A DNA stretch of 51,261 nucleotides from Macrostomum lignano (Eukaryota), in NCBI GenBank assembly GCA_002269645.1, contig NIVC01004303.1:1-51261 (forward strand). The letters are read 5' to 3'. Positions 1-46,774 of the stretch are shown piece by piece. Position numbers and translations under genes: made by a program. How positions within the stretch are numbered: position 1 is the first letter of the stretch; each line of letters starts with the position of its first letter. The notes below the pieces were generated by a model. The model was not told the origin of the DNA and searched no databases. It saw nothing but the letters and a program-made list of their open reading frames with translations.

Positions 1-524
1 TGTACACCACTGAATATGCAAAAAGCACACATAGCATCATGCGCTTGGTGCCCAAGACCCCGCCCCCTGCTACAGTCTATACGTTCTACTCGCTCTACTT
101 TGTTTACCTGCTCTTCCTCCCAGTCCCCTATCCCCTAAGTCCTTGGTTAGCACAATTGCCACCATAGCGCAAAATGGGGGAAGAGCTTCTCACAGTCCAC
201 TGATGCTATTTCTAGAAGCCTCTTGAGAGTACAGTTATTCAGCTGCCTTTGTATTGGTGCAGTGCATGCTCATCTTATGATGTATTAATATTTATTAGGT
301 TACCCCACAGATAGATGGGCCACTGGCGTGTATATATACTTTGTAAAACAGCTTTCTACTTCTAGAACTTCTAGTTAAGTAGCAAAGAAGAATACATAAA
401 GCTATTTTTTATAAAAAATAAAGGCAGCTAAAATGACTTCGATAAGTTTAGAAACCCAAGCTTGCAGGCGTAATAGACAGCTTGCTAATTGGTTCAGCAA
501 TAATGTACATTGGCCATTTCAGAA

Positions 525-699
525 CATGTGAAGCCACACGAAAGACTTTTTGAACAAAAAATTGCTGCCCAGAAAAAAGCATTGATAACAGACATCGAAG
601 AGTTCTCGGCAACAGTGATCAGTGACCATTGACACGTGCAAACGCTTCATTGATCACATTTATGCGGTTATCACTGCTAAAGCTATCGGTAGGGATTAA
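525..699 (+). mobile_element. Degenerate IS630/Tc1/mariner-type transposase C-terminal remnant
   Basis: Manual translation gives HVKPHERLFEQKIAAQKKALITDIEEFSATV then TIDTCKRFIDHIYAVITAK once a 7-nt tandem duplication (cagtgatcagtgac, ~612-626) is removed. This resembles, from memory, the Tc1-like tail 'L..GI.EFW.TVT...C.RYIDH..KVI'. No database search was run. Confidence 0.45.
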
Positions 700-1020
700 A
701 AAATCCAAGAATTTTTGCCTAGGTGTATGTAGCTCTCAACTCAATTGCAGAAAACTACCTGGCTATCAGGCTATTGATTTCTCGGTTGCTTTGTTCGATT
801 TGACTCGAACAGAAGGAGTCTTGAGAAGTTCGAAGAGTCTTGCATTGCCAAAGTGGAAACAAAGTGGATGGGGTGGAGATGGGACGGGTACACCTAGGGA
901 ACGAGAAAGACGCAGCTTCTGTTGCTTACTCATTGGCTGCTCAAAAGAATTTCCGCGGAATTCCTTTGATGCTCCGCAAAGAATTGTGATTTTTCCGTGC
1001 ACCCAACTGTAGATAGCAGA

Positions 1021-4000
1021 CCCCAGTCCCTCACAAAGCACACACACCAGTCCCTCACACAGCACACACACCAGTCCCTCACACAGCACACACACTCAGT
1101 CCCTCACACAGCATAGACACCAGTCCACCAGTCCCTCACACAGCACACACCAGTCCCTCACACAGCACTGACACAAGTCGACCAGTCCCTCACACAGCAT
1201 AGACACCAGTCCACCAGTCCCTCACACAGCACACACACCAGTCCCTAACACAGCACAGACACCAGTCCACCAGTCCCTCACTCAGCACACACACCAGTCC
1301 CTCACACAGCACACACCAGTCCCTAACACAGCACAGACAAAAGTCCCTAACACACCACAGACACCAGTCCACCAGTCCCTCACACAGCACACATACCATT
1401 CCCTAACACACCACAGACACCAGTCCACCACTCCCTCACACAGCACATACACCAGTCCCTCACACAGCACACACACCAGTCCCTCACACAGCACATACAC
1501 CAGTCCCTCACACAGCACACACAACACTCCTTCACACAGCACACACACCAGTCTCTAACACAGCATAGACACCAGTCCACCAGTCCCTAACACAGCACAC
1601 ACACCAGTCCCTAACACAGCACAGACACCAGTCCACCAGTCCCTCACACAGCACACACACCAGTCACTCACACAGCACACACATCAGTCTCTCACTCAGC
1701 ACACACACCAGTCACTCACACAGCACAGACACCAGTCACTCACACAGCACAGACACCAGTCCCTCACACAGCACACACACCAGTCCCTCACACAGCACAC
1801 ACACCAGTCCCTCACACAGCACACACACCAGTCCCTCACACAGCACAGACAAGTCCCTAACACACCACAGACACCAGTCCACCAGTCCCTCACACAGCAC
1901 AGACACAAGTCCCTAACACACCACAGACACCAGTCCTCCAGTCCCTCACACAGCATACACACCCAGTCCCTCACACAGCATAGACACCAGTCCACCAGTC
2001 CCTCACACAGCACACACACCAGTCCCTCACACAGCACACACACCAGTCACTCACACAGCACACACACCAGTCCCTCACTCAGCACACACAGCAGTCACTC
2101 ACACAGCACACACACCAGTCCCTCACACAGCACACACACCAGTCACTCACACAGCACACACACCAGTCCCTCACTCAGCACACACAGCAGTCACTCACAC
2201 AGCACACACACCAGCCCCTCACACAGCACACACCAGTCCCTCACACAGCACTGACACAAGTCCACCAGTCCCTCACACAGCATAGACACCAGTCCACCAG
2301 TCCCTCACACAGCACACACACCAGTCCCTCACACAGCACACACACCAGTCCCTCACACAGCACACACACCAGTCCCTAACACTGCATAGACACCAGTCCA
2401 CCAGTCCCTCACACAGCACACACCAGTCCCTCACACAGCACTGACACAAGTCCACCAGTCCCTCACACAGCATAGACACCAGTCCACCAGTCCCTCACAC
2501 AGCACACACACCAGTCCCTAACACAGCACAGACACCAGTCCACCAGTCCCTCACACAGCACACATACCATTCCCTAACACACCACAGACACCAGTCTACC
2601 AGTCCCTAACACAGCACAGACACCAGTCCACCAGTCCCTCACACAGCACTGCCACCAGTCCCTCACACAGCACACACACCAGTCCCTCACAGAGCACACA
2701 CACCAGTCCCTCACACAGCACAAACACCAGTCCCTCACACAGCACAGACACAAGTCCCTAACACACCACAGACACCAGTCCACCAGTCCTTCACACAGCA
2801 CACACACCCAGTCCCTCACACAGCATAGACACCAGTCCACCAGTCCCTAACACAGCACACACACCAGTCCCTAACACAGCACAGACACCAGTCCACCAGT
2901 CCCTCACACAGCACACACACCAGTCCCTCACACAGCACACACACCAGTCCCTCACACAGCACACACACCAGTCCCTCACACAGCACAGAAACAAGTCCCT
3001 AACACACCACAGACACCAGTCCACCAGTCCCTCACACAGCACAGACACAAGTCCCTAACACACCACAGACACCAGTCCTCCAGTCCCTCACACAGCACAC
3101 ACACCCAGTCCCTCACACAGCATAGACACCAGTCCACCAGTCCCTCACACAGCACACACACCAGTCCCTCACACAGCACACACACCAGTCACTCACACAG
3201 CACACACACCAGTCCCTCACACAGCACACACACCAGTCCCTCACACAGCACTGACACAAGTCCACCAGTCCCTCACACAGCACACACACCAGTCCCTCAC
3301 ACAGCACACACACTCTGCCCCTAACACAGCATAGACACCAGTCCATCAGTCCCTCACATAGCACACACACCAGTCCCTAACACAGCACAGACACCTGTCC
3401 ACCAGTCCCTCACTCAGCACACACACCAGTCCCTCACACAGCAGAGACACCAGTTCACCAGTCCCTCACACAGCACACACACCAGTCCCTAACACAGCAC
3501 AGATACCAGTTCACCAATCCCTCACTCAGCACACACACCAGTCACTCACACAGCACAGACACCAGTCCCTCACACAGCATATACACCAGTCCCTAACACA
3601 GCACAGACACCAGTCCACCAGTCCCTCATACAGCATAGACACCAGTCCCTCACACAGCATACACACCGGTCCCTCACAGCACAGACACAAGTCCCTAACA
3701 CACCACAGACACCAGTCCACCAGTCCCTCACACAGCACACATACCATTCCCTAACACACCATAGACACCAGTCCACCAGTTCCTCACACAGCACACACAC
3801 CAGTCCCTGACACAGTATAGACACCAGTCCACCAGTCCCTCACACAGCACACACACCAGTCCCTCACACAGTATAGACACCAGTCCACCAGTTCCTCACA
3901 CTGCACACACACCAGTCCCTCACACAGTATAGACACCAGTCCACCAGTCCCTCACACAGCACAAACACCAGTCCCTCACACAGCACACACACCAGTCCCT

Positions 4001-4092
4001 CACACAGCACAGACACCAGTCCCTCACACAGCACAGACACCAGTCCTTCACACAGCACACACACCAGTCCATCACACAGCACAGGCACCAGC
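1021..4092. repeat. CA-rich minisatellite, ~3.1 kb, variable 22-33 bp units (core accagtccctcacacagcacacac)
   Basis: Visible tandem array mixing variants accagtcc-accagtccctcacacagcatagac, ctaacacaccacagac and others. It produces the spurious CVLCEGLV/CCVRDW ORFs. Confidence 0.97.
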
Positions 4093-4749
4093 GTGATGAT
4101 AAACACAGACACGCAGATATGGCCAAAAAGTCCACTAATTCTAAAAGCACAGCGTGCCAATAATAATTCGAAGGTAATTGCAAGTAAAATTGAAGCTGGA
4201 TGAAATTTCTTACCTTTATTTAACTTTATAGAGATGTAGAAAAACAATTGATAGAATTATTTTCTTTCTATTGAGAGAGCTTTTACGTCCAGATAATCCA
4301 GTAATTGTGTATTTTTTGCGACCTGTTAATGGATTCTTGCAAGAATTATTTTCGTATATAATGTGGGTATTGGATCCCTAATGTAGAATTATAGCTATAT
4401 ACTGTCGCGTTTCCCAACGAGATTCCATTTCCAGGAAATTCACTGTACGCTATGAATTTTAATGCACACAGAAATTTCTTGGAAATTGTTCAACCAGACT
4501 ATTGAGCTTAAAAAATAAGAATGTGCATCATAATTCAAAAGAATCTGGCAATAGCTACTCTGGCGAAAAAAGCCTAAACTCAGTGGTGCGGGCTGGCCTA
4601 AATTCCTATTACTCGTATTAAGAATCATAGCACAAAGCATTCCTGGGGGTAGAAAGGTGGAGAATAAAGGCGGTTTTTTAATTCATCGGCACGTGCGTTG
4701 TCATGAGCAGTATTGACATTACCGCTAGCTACTGTCTCCACAGCTAAAG

Positions 4750-4999
4750 AGGCTCTTCATATTGCTTGTTCTGGTTCTAGAACCAGAACCAGTTTGTAAA
4801 GTATAACTTTTTGTCTCCTTCACTAGAGGGATATACTTGCTATAAACTCTTAATTATTGAATGAAAATCGCCAAGAAGAAAGTGAAAAATTGTGCAAAGT
4901 GAGGCAGTCAAATATTAACAGAGTTAAATAATTATACTGCTGTTTTTCTTGGAAGATCCGAACCGATTCTGGTTCTGGAATTGGTAATGTGAAGAGGCT
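4750..4999. mobile_element. Probable MITE (non-autonomous DNA transposon), 250 bp
   Basis: Terminal inverted repeats aggctcttcatatt and aatgtgaagaggct match at 12/14 positions, with subterminal inverted ccagaaccag blocks. The element is flanked by direct repeats TAAAG (4745-4749 and 5000-5004) and has an AT-rich non-coding interior. Confidence 0.55.
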
Positions 5000-6739
5000 T
5001 AAAGTCTCAGTCACTTAACGCGTCAATAAGCGCAATAAAAATACGTATAGAATATTGTTAAAATAAATTAAAGAATACAAGTAGTACATGCGAGCGAGAT
5101 AAGGAGATACGGTACACATATACTGCTACGAATTACACTGTCACAAAAGTGCACTCTCCCTCCCCGCATTGGAAAAAGAGTGAATGACTAAGTGGGGAGA
5201 GGCCTGTGATTTTGTGAGAGCGCAAAACTCAGTGGCTTGGGCTGCCCCTATTTCGCCCTGCTCGCCCCGTCTCGTGTATCCATGCAACACCCACAGACCA
5301 AACACTAAACAGATACATTATACTCGCACTTCTTTGAATGTGTCTTCTTTCTGTTATACTGTAATGCTTCTGCTACGAGTGTGTATGCTTATTTACAAGA
5401 CTTCTTGCACACTGTCTAACATTCTACATTATAGCTCCAGTACTAGTTCTTCTATTTCTAAATGTAACAATTCTTACAATAAGTAGTGTGCTTTACATGT
5501 ACTTCTTTGCCTGTTGACCCTGTGCCTATCTATACGCCCAACAGTATATTCGGCCTAGTGGCTAAACTCATTCGCTTTTGTATGCGCACAGCCTTGTCTA
5601 GAAACCCCAATTTTTTCACTATTGAAATCCGTAGCCTATTACTGATGGCTTAAAACAGTAGTATACCCGGGAGCGCCTATTTGGGACCGGAGCCCGGTGG
5701 CCGAGGGAGAGAGATGGAGGAGATATAAGGTGAGATGTGGGGTGAGAGAGAGAGAGAGAGGGAGAGCGAGAGGCAGGGAGAGATGCAGGGTAGGACGCCA
5801 GCAAATGGGGAGGAGCCGATATTGATCGAACACCGACCTCAGTCTACAAAGTCCCTAAGTTTTAAGAACTAAATTTTAAGAATCCTCAGTTTGTAATGGC
5901 TTATGGCTGAAATGTTGTCTCACAGGGTAAGTTTAAGGCTCAGTACGGAGGTTTAACAATTGGATTCCCAAGGGTTACTTAGGAATCGTTGATAGGCCAA
6001 GCAACAAATGGAGAGTAAGAGATAGAGCATGGTGATGCCAAACTTTGATGCCAGCTCTCAATGTGGATGCTGATTTCTTAGGCTAGATTTGTCCCGCGCT
6101 TTTGTAAATTTTCAAAAACAAATAAGAAACCTGCTCGTTCAAGGAAAACTAGACTGTCAAGTTTCGAAGAAGAATTTTGATCAGTAAGATTATATATACA
6201 TATATTTAAATAGTATATTGTAGTTCGTATATGCAAGAACATTTGCAATTTTTCGGTTAGAAAATCGCGCATACGACACAGTCGTATCAGGCGGTCTGTA
6301 TCACAGTGACGCCAAATTTCTTCTAAGCTTCAGTACTTGCATGAAAGGTTGAGCATTCTATTTAAACAATATGCAGTCTGGTTGCTTTAAAAAACTCTCC
6401 CTTAGAAGTTCAAACCCATGTTATAAGTATAGAACATGCGAATCAATGGAGTTGTATTATAGCAGTAGAAGCATCATTGTATCGGGCGCTCACATTCATG
6501 ATACTCTTAGAAGCGATGTTTCAAAGAGGTGAACAAACATATTTTACGAATTTAAACAACTGCAATTTCGCACTATTCCCGCCATGAACTCTGATCTTCG
6601 TTAAACATTGGTTTGAATCGTCGAAAATGAAGAATCTGGTGAGGCAAATAGTTGGGTGATATTACATGTAACACAAGTTTTCAGTTTGAAGTAAGAGCTT
6701 CTTAAGAGGCTCAGTTAAAAGAGATCCGTTTCGAAATCA

Positions 6740-6913
6740 CTACGCCGACCGTTTCTCTTCGGCAGGGGCTGCAGCTCCTCCAGGAGCGCCCGCCGTTGCC
6801 GTGGCCGACTGTCTCCGCTTGGCCATCTGGCTCAGCTTCAGCGCCTCCAGCTCTTGTCGGCGAGCTTCTTCGGCCTCCCGGTGGGCGATGATGTGCTCCA
6901 CCTGAGTCAGGAA
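6740..6913 (-). CDS. FAM47E: FAM47E-like exon 6 (FLTQVEHII...EEKRSA*)
   Basis: Acceptor ccttccttgacag; 57 aa then TAG at 6742-6740. Confidence 0.8.
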   Translation of the reverse strand, partial: FLTQVEHIIAHREAEEARRQELEALKLSQMAKRRQSATATAGAPGGAAAPAEEKRSA

Positions 6914-9900
6914 CTGTCAAGGAAGGAAAGCGGTTTGACAAATGGTGAAAACTAGCTTAAGGATGACTGCACAGATATCGGAACTCGGGTTTTTTAATTT
7001 GAGGCAAAGGGGGAGCTGAGTGCACCCTGGCGCACTTTAAACGACGAAATTGTTACACAACAAGTTAACCCAAAAAATGTGACTAGTGTGTTATTTGTAA
7101 TCGAGCCTGAGAAGCTGGCACATAAGAGTACTACTCTAGATCACTAGGCAGCACTAGGGTAGAAATTTGAGAAGACAGGTGCATGGGTGGCTGTTTTGTG
7201 CTTCACTGGAGCATGCGCTGCATTGAGCACTACTGACATCACTGCTACTGTCTCCAGCTCCACTAAGCTACAGTCTGAGTCGCTAAAATGCGTCTCCTGC
7301 GCTAATGTCCCAAATCACAAGAGTTACAATAAAATATCGAGTTTTCCTATACAAATCCTAGTTTCTCAACGCTGCCTATTTTAAAAAGCTGTCTAAAACC
7401 CCTGAAGTACTCAATTTTTCTTTAAAAGCAAGCAGAAGCATCAGCATCAAACATCTGTTCCTGCATTCAATTTTCGACTACATTTATTTAGGACTCATCC
7501 ACGAAAACTAGTTTTGCGCGATGCCCACTGCAACTTAGCTAACTACAGGCACCGATAAATCAAAAAAGGTTGAAACTTCTAGCAGGGAGGAGCGGGCTCA
7601 CCTCCGGCTTTCTCGTGTCCTTCTTCTTCATGAAGTCGATGAAAGACCGGGCACCGTGCAGCGACGAGAGCGTCTCGTTCATCTCCTGCGCCCGTTGACG
7701 CGCCTCCAGCTGCTTGGTGTCCTTGCGCTCCTCCGGGTCCTCCAGCGGCTGGCCAGCTGGCAGCTTCCGCCAGGTCTCCGGCTCCAGGTACCAGGCTCCG
7801 TAGCGGAACTTCATCCAGCCGGGGTCGGTAGAATCGCCGGCCTCTTTGCCCAGCCGGCGCAGATACTCGCGCTCCATCTCAGCCTCCTCGCGGTCCTGAT
7901 GCCGCTGAGGTGGCAGGGCAATGTTTTGCCGCAGCTCCGGCGGGATGCTCGTCAGCTCCACGACGTGGATCGGCACCGACAGGGCCGGCTTGGTCTCGTA
8001 GCCGCTGGCGAAGAGGCTCATGACGGTGCTCTCCTCGATGTTGTTTGCTTCGCCGCCTAGGGAGGCAACCCATTCGCAGAAGTCCTTGGTAACCTGTTGG
8101 AGAGAAATAATAATATGAGCAAGAGGTTTTGTATGCCGCCCGAGTGCGATGAAATGCTATTCCGAGTTTGTCTATGGTAAAACCAGAAGTACCATTGTGA
8201 TTTAGGGTGCCACTCCATTTAAGGTGTGATTTCATTAGATGGGTGCCATTATATTTGAGGAAGCGCCTGTATTATCAATCGAATTATATTATAAGAGCTT
8301 TTAGTTTATGTTAGTACTGAAACTAATCCATCCGGACAATTCTAATACTGCGAAATAAGCGAAACCGGCGCTGATGACAATTCTGAGCACAGACAAGCGC
8401 ACCAATACTGTACGCTGGCACGCAATCACACACACGCTCACACGGGGTGTACAGAGGCCCTGACTTTCTAATCGTCAACCATGTACACTCTCTGCGCCTT
8501 TGGGTTGGCCATTATGGGTGTGAATCGAACGACAACCTCCCGGACAAATGAATGTGGCCGCGGACGGAATGGAACCAGCAGTCGTGACGCGAGTGTTTAC
8601 CACTGAGCTGCTCTCCCATCCTAGCCTACTACAAATAGTACGAGTACACGCAGAAGCGCGCGCACCTTTTCAATATGCGGATCCTTGGCCGGCTCTTGGC
8701 GCAGCCGAGCGTCGGCGTCTCGTCCAGCCGCCGTCGCGGCCGCTTCCTCGCGTTTTTTAATCCATGAATAGAAGTGCCGGCCGTCCGCCGACTTGCTGCT
8801 CTTCGCGCGTTCGCCGGAGGCGCCGCCGCTGCCGTTCGAATCGGCGCTGGTCTGCACCTCCTGGTGCCGGATGCTCGCCTGGTGCTGACCGTCAGCGCTC
8901 AACAGGGTCGCTTCATCGACGCCCTCCGTCTCCAGCAGGGTCATCTCCGGGTCTAGCAGGTCCACGATATCGTCGTACACCTTGAAATAGAAATCATGTA
9001 AAAGTTTTGATTGCTTCGAGAGCAGCAGCAAAAAAATAGAAAGAAGAAACATCTCAAATAATTGGGTATTTTTCTAAGATAAGGCTGTATGAGCTCGGCG
9101 TGAGCATAACGCGAACGAGGATGAGAACACTGGATCAGTCAGGAAAAATTCCAAGTTGGTTAACTGCGGATGTTTTAATTTTATTTGTGCGTCGGGCCAT
9201 CATTAGTTTTGAACTCTTAATACAAGTAAGCCAGGTTTCTGAGTTTCTACTCTTTGTCAGCTGGTATTAAGCGCAGAGCAAGTTCTCCAGTGGATAAGAC
9301 ACATTCGCTTACCCTATTTAAGATTCCATTCAAATTCTTTAATCAATACTGAGAAATGTACACACTGTATACATTTACGTTTGAAATATTGTAGACAACG
9401 TGCAACCTTACGTATGGACACGTAATCCCAGAAACGTACACCTTTTGAGTCACTCCCTGCACTTACGCGTACATGCGAGTACGACGCATGCATGTAGTGG
9501 TACAGGGACGAAAAGTGTTGTTTAGTAGTCCCGATTTGTACTAGGAAAGATTTATTAACTCTGTAACCAGTTGAGATTCTGATGGTTATTCTGCAAAATT
9601 TGTTGCAAAATCTATATTCTAAAATGTTAACCTAAAACCTATTCTACCGCTCTGTGTGCGCTTCTTACCTCCGGAGGAACCGACTCCTCCAGGTGCGGGT
9701 AGAGGGCCAATGGGTGTTGGACGAGTCCGTACTCCAGCTCAGAAATGTGCTGCCGCTGTTTTCTCTGCAGGGGCGTCTGCTTCGAGAAGCAAATCTCTTC
9801 TTTGGTGTAGCGGCCGTCGTTGACGCTTTGCTTAATCGGAGTGGCGCCTGTGTTGTGCGACTTTAGAGCGGGGCCCAGACCAGCGTTTGGATTCTGCGAG

Positions 9901-10600
9901 TTTTTCATGGGGAAGTATCGTAAATTCGTGACTCAATGAATGCGCAAAATGTGTTCTTAAATGAGATAAATACATTTCAAAAATAGAGTGCGTCAATATT
10001 TGCTTCTAATCAAAATAAACCATCTCTCGAATTTCTCAGAAGATGCATTTCAAGGAATTCGACGAAAATAATTTTAGGCGTTAGTTACATCTTATTCTTA
10101 AATGCCGTATAAAACTGCTTTGAAACGTTGACCTTAGATTAGCAAAATATGCTGTCACCGAAGATAGCATTCAACTTACTCTGATAACAACAGATCCTTC
10201 TGTAATTGGTGGCAAGCCATCTCGAAAGTCATCCAGACCATCTTTTACGAATACCCAGTCTTTTCCAACGTTTACTTTTCCAGGGTTGCCCGGTCCTGTC
10301 GCCTTTGAGTACTTTAAATTGATGCGTTCCTTGTACCTGAAATTAGGTGTTCATTTTTTATCTTTTTCCTTGTATGCTATTTATTTCGACTTAATCATTA
10401 AAAAATTATTACTTTATTTGGTGCCTCGCATCGGGGTTTAGGACAGATATCAGATTAATAGACAAAACAGTACATGTAGGTGTCCGTATCTTGCCTGCAA
10501 TTTGAAACGCAAAATGGAAAAATACTTACCAAGGGATATTCTGCTTCTTTTTATCACTCTCTGTAGTTACCAGCAGTAGGTCATATTTCTTTTCAGCCAT
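6740..10600 (-). CDS. FAM47E: FAM47E-like protein, 6 coding exons, 477 aa
   Basis: Exons 10530-10600, 10180-10336, 9669-9893, 8666-8980, 7602-8093 and 6740-6913 all have GT-AG boundaries and sum to 1434 nt in frame. Recognised FAM47 motifs: WYKER, KDGLDDFRDGLPP, QHPLALYPHLEESVPPE, DLLDPE, DFCEWV..LGG, IEE..VMSLFASGYETKPALSVPIHVVEL, KFRYGAWYL.P..W. Confidence 0.88.
7602..8093 (-). CDS. FAM47E: FAM47E-like exon 5 (VTKDFCEWV...DTRKPE)
   Basis: Acceptor caacag, donor gtgagc; 492 nt carrying the most conserved FAM47 motifs. Confidence 0.88.
8666..8980 (-). CDS. FAM47E: FAM47E-like exon 4 (VYDDIVDLLDPEM...DPHIEK)
   Basis: Acceptor ttcaag, donor gtgcgc; 315 nt. Confidence 0.82.
9669..9893 (-). CDS. 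FAM47E: FAM47E-like exon 3 (NPNAG...HPLALYPHLEESVPPE)
   Basis: Acceptor cgcag, donor gtaaga; 225 nt. Confidence 0.85.
10180..10336 (-). CDS. FAM47E: FAM47E-like exon 2 (WYKERINLKY...DGLDDFRDGLPP...)
   Basis: Acceptor ttcag, donor gtaagt; phase 2 in, phase 0 out. Confidence 0.85.
10530..10600 (-). CDS. FAM47E: FAM47E-like exon 1 (MAEKKYDLLLVTTESDKKKQNIP)
   Basis: ATG at 10600 and donor gtaagt at 10529, phase 2. Confidence 0.8.
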
Positions 10601-10980
10601 TGTTTTGATATTAAATTATTGTTAGCGACGAAGCACTGTAAGCAACGAAGAAGCAACGTCGTAGAACATATGGGGCAAACGAAACGAGAATACCAGAAGA
10701 AAATTTTAGTAGAGAAGTCATTTTAAAACTTGCTAGAGTCTATAGCATTTTTAATATCTATATATATATCATTACATAAAACATATTTTAAAACACTCTT
10801 AAGATAGCCATCAGCAAAAAATATGATCCTATTGAAGAAAGCTTGTATAGTGGTGCAACATTGTTATAGTGCTTAACACAAAGCAAAATTAAAAATTATA
10901 AGCCGGATTCCGGATTCTGTTGTGGTGATTCCAGAAATAGAAACGTCAGGCGTAGGCGTAGGGTAGACGGTAGGCCTAGG
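10601..10980. promoter_or_regulatory. Putative shared (bidirectional) promoter region of the FAM47E-like and SLK-like genes
   Basis: Lies upstream of the minus-strand ATG at 10600. A GC-richer patch at ~10900-10979 ends in a plausible donor AG|GTAACA (10980) that could be an SLK 5'UTR exon splicing to the acceptor ccaaccag at 13273. Inferred only. Confidence 0.35.
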
Positions 10981-13295
10981 TAACAGATACTGGCTATTGT
11001 GTGCTGCATAATGAGGCCTAACATTAGAAAAACAGTTGATAGCAACCTAACATTCCTAACAGTAAGCTTTAACAATTCATATATTTTTTGCACACCTAAA
11101 ATCAAATGAACAAACAATTCGAGAAGAATGCCAATATTAGGATTAGTATTAAGTAGTCCAGTCCTAAGTCTAAAAGTAGAAATCTTAAGCCTAACTTTCA
11201 CTTTAAGTTGCAAATTTTCATAAAAATAAATTAATATATATTATATGATTCATGATTGTCGATAAGTTGCATTTTATAATATTTAATAGGCTATCCATGA
11301 CCATTGCAAGCATTGCTTAATTATAATATATTTTTTTCTTTATTGAAAAGACAATTTTGTTTCTTAAAAAGTAAAAGTAGGCCTTAGAAGCAATATTAAA
11401 TATTATTTGTCTTGGCTTTATATTTATAATCAATATATATTAGCTTTTGTTCTAGGCCTATGCCTTTTTTTCCCTTTTTAAATTCAAATTATATAAAACT
11501 TTTATTTATGCAACTTGAACTTAGTATTAGTATTATATTATAGTAGTTTAGTATTATAGTTATAGGCCTAATTTATAATCAAATTTATTGCATTTAATTT
11601 AAAGTTATATTTTTTAAATGCTATGGTATAATAATAGGCCTAGGCCCTAATTATTTAATTTATATTTATAATTGAGAAAATCATTTAACTTAGACTTAGA
11701 TATAAGTAGGCTTGTATAACTAGTTTTGCATATTATTAGTTATTTTTATATAGAAAATAATTACTTTTAAATAACTTAAAATTAAAGCTTAGTAAATGAT
11801 AATAGATAATAGACAAGCTAGATAGCAAATGTAACATTATTGAATGTCTACTTTTGTTTAAAACTTTAAATAATGTTTTCTAATGTGCAATTAAACTTCA
11901 ATGAACCCAGTATATCCAATTGAACACTAATATTATTAAAGTAATTTAAAGACATATAGGCTCATATAAAGGCCAAGTTTTGCCAGATTTGTGATATATC
12001 TAATGGATTATTTGAGTTATATCTATGAGAGTTCCTATGGCATTTTTTTGCTGTTTTTGAACAGGACTTTCGGGAATATTTTTTATCAGGTGTCATTATT
12101 ATCTATTGTAATTATGGTCTAATAAACTAGATATTTATTGTTGTTTACATGTCAATATTGTTTCCTTTAGAAATCCTTTTGAATAAGTAGGCTTAGTCTG
12201 TATATAATCTTAAATATGTTCTTTGCATTTAAATAAGCTTTTTGGATCATATGCAGCATGCTATTGTTATTAGAATCTATTTTAAAATAATATTTTAATT
12301 TCTTTACTAATAGAGGTAAACATATACTTAAGAAGATTATAAAGTGTTAACAAGGACCAACATTCAAACAAAGCTGCTATTAAATAAGTTTTTTAATCTT
12401 ATAGGCTTTTTTACTCTATTAAACTATTTAACTATAAGAAATTTCTTGATTTCTTGAATTTTAAAAATAAGATCAAGTACTCAATTTATTTAACTATTGA
12501 GTATCAAGTTTAATACTTATTAGGACTCTAATATAGGGTCTAGATCATTATATTATTTAAAACTCATTAAGTATTGCCTGGAAATTAGATAATATTATTT
12601 TTATTAGAAGATTAAGAATATAAGTTAGGTTTAAAAACTTATATTGCATATCTAGCCCTAGTCCTCAACTAATATCAAACTTAATCTCAATCTTAACCCC
12701 AACCTTAACCCTAACATATATCCATTGGGAATGAAAATTACCAATAGTCAAATGATACTAGTCCCATGGAAAATATCAGTTATGTTTTTACCTTAGTTAA
12801 GTATAAAAATTGCACTCTTATCCTATTTTTTATAATAGAATTGAATTGGCAAGTGTTTTTAGTTGTAATGATAATGTGTTTATATTAGAAAAATGATAAA
12901 CTTAATTTATTTAGTTATTTTACTGTTTCTTCATATGTGCATAAGCTAAAATTACCTTACAAGCTAAATTTATCCATTTTTGTGACCAAGATCTGTTTTA
13001 AAATATCATATGCATAACATAGTTAATTGAATATGCAACTTTCATGCCCCACTGTGCCTTGACTTGTTTAAAAAGCAATCACAGCATACATTCCCACCCA
13101 GGAGCAGTCCAATCAACTGCAGCCAAATTTATCCGGCTCTATTTTAACTCCCTGCATTGCCTTAAAACAGTTTTTTTCCAACTGCCAAAATTGCAACTCA
13201 AAGAGTGGAACAACTGCCAATTCGTTTGCATTCCAAAGCAAAGCACATTGGTCGGGTTATTTTGCCCAACCAGCTCCTAGTACTTGCCTGGCGCC

Positions 13296-46692
<33,397 letters not shown>

Positions 46693-46774
46693 GGAGATTG
46701 AATTCCAATTGGGCATCGGTTTTCTAGATTGTAGATTTGTAAAAACCAGTCACAGAATCCCCCTGAATCTTTTT

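Noticed and set aside
1021-4250. Cys-rich metallothionein- or zinc-finger-like ORFs (CVLCEG/CCVRDW)
   Set aside because: Frame-shifting translations of a CA-rich minisatellite.
8360-8392. GAAA...CTGATGA...CTGA as a hammerhead ribozyme or C/D snoRNA
   Set aside because: Spacing is too short for hammerhead stems or a guide, and it is antisense to the host intron.
12680-12716. Telomere-like aaccttaaccctaac
   Set aside because: Only 2-3 degenerate units; not an interstitial telomere array.
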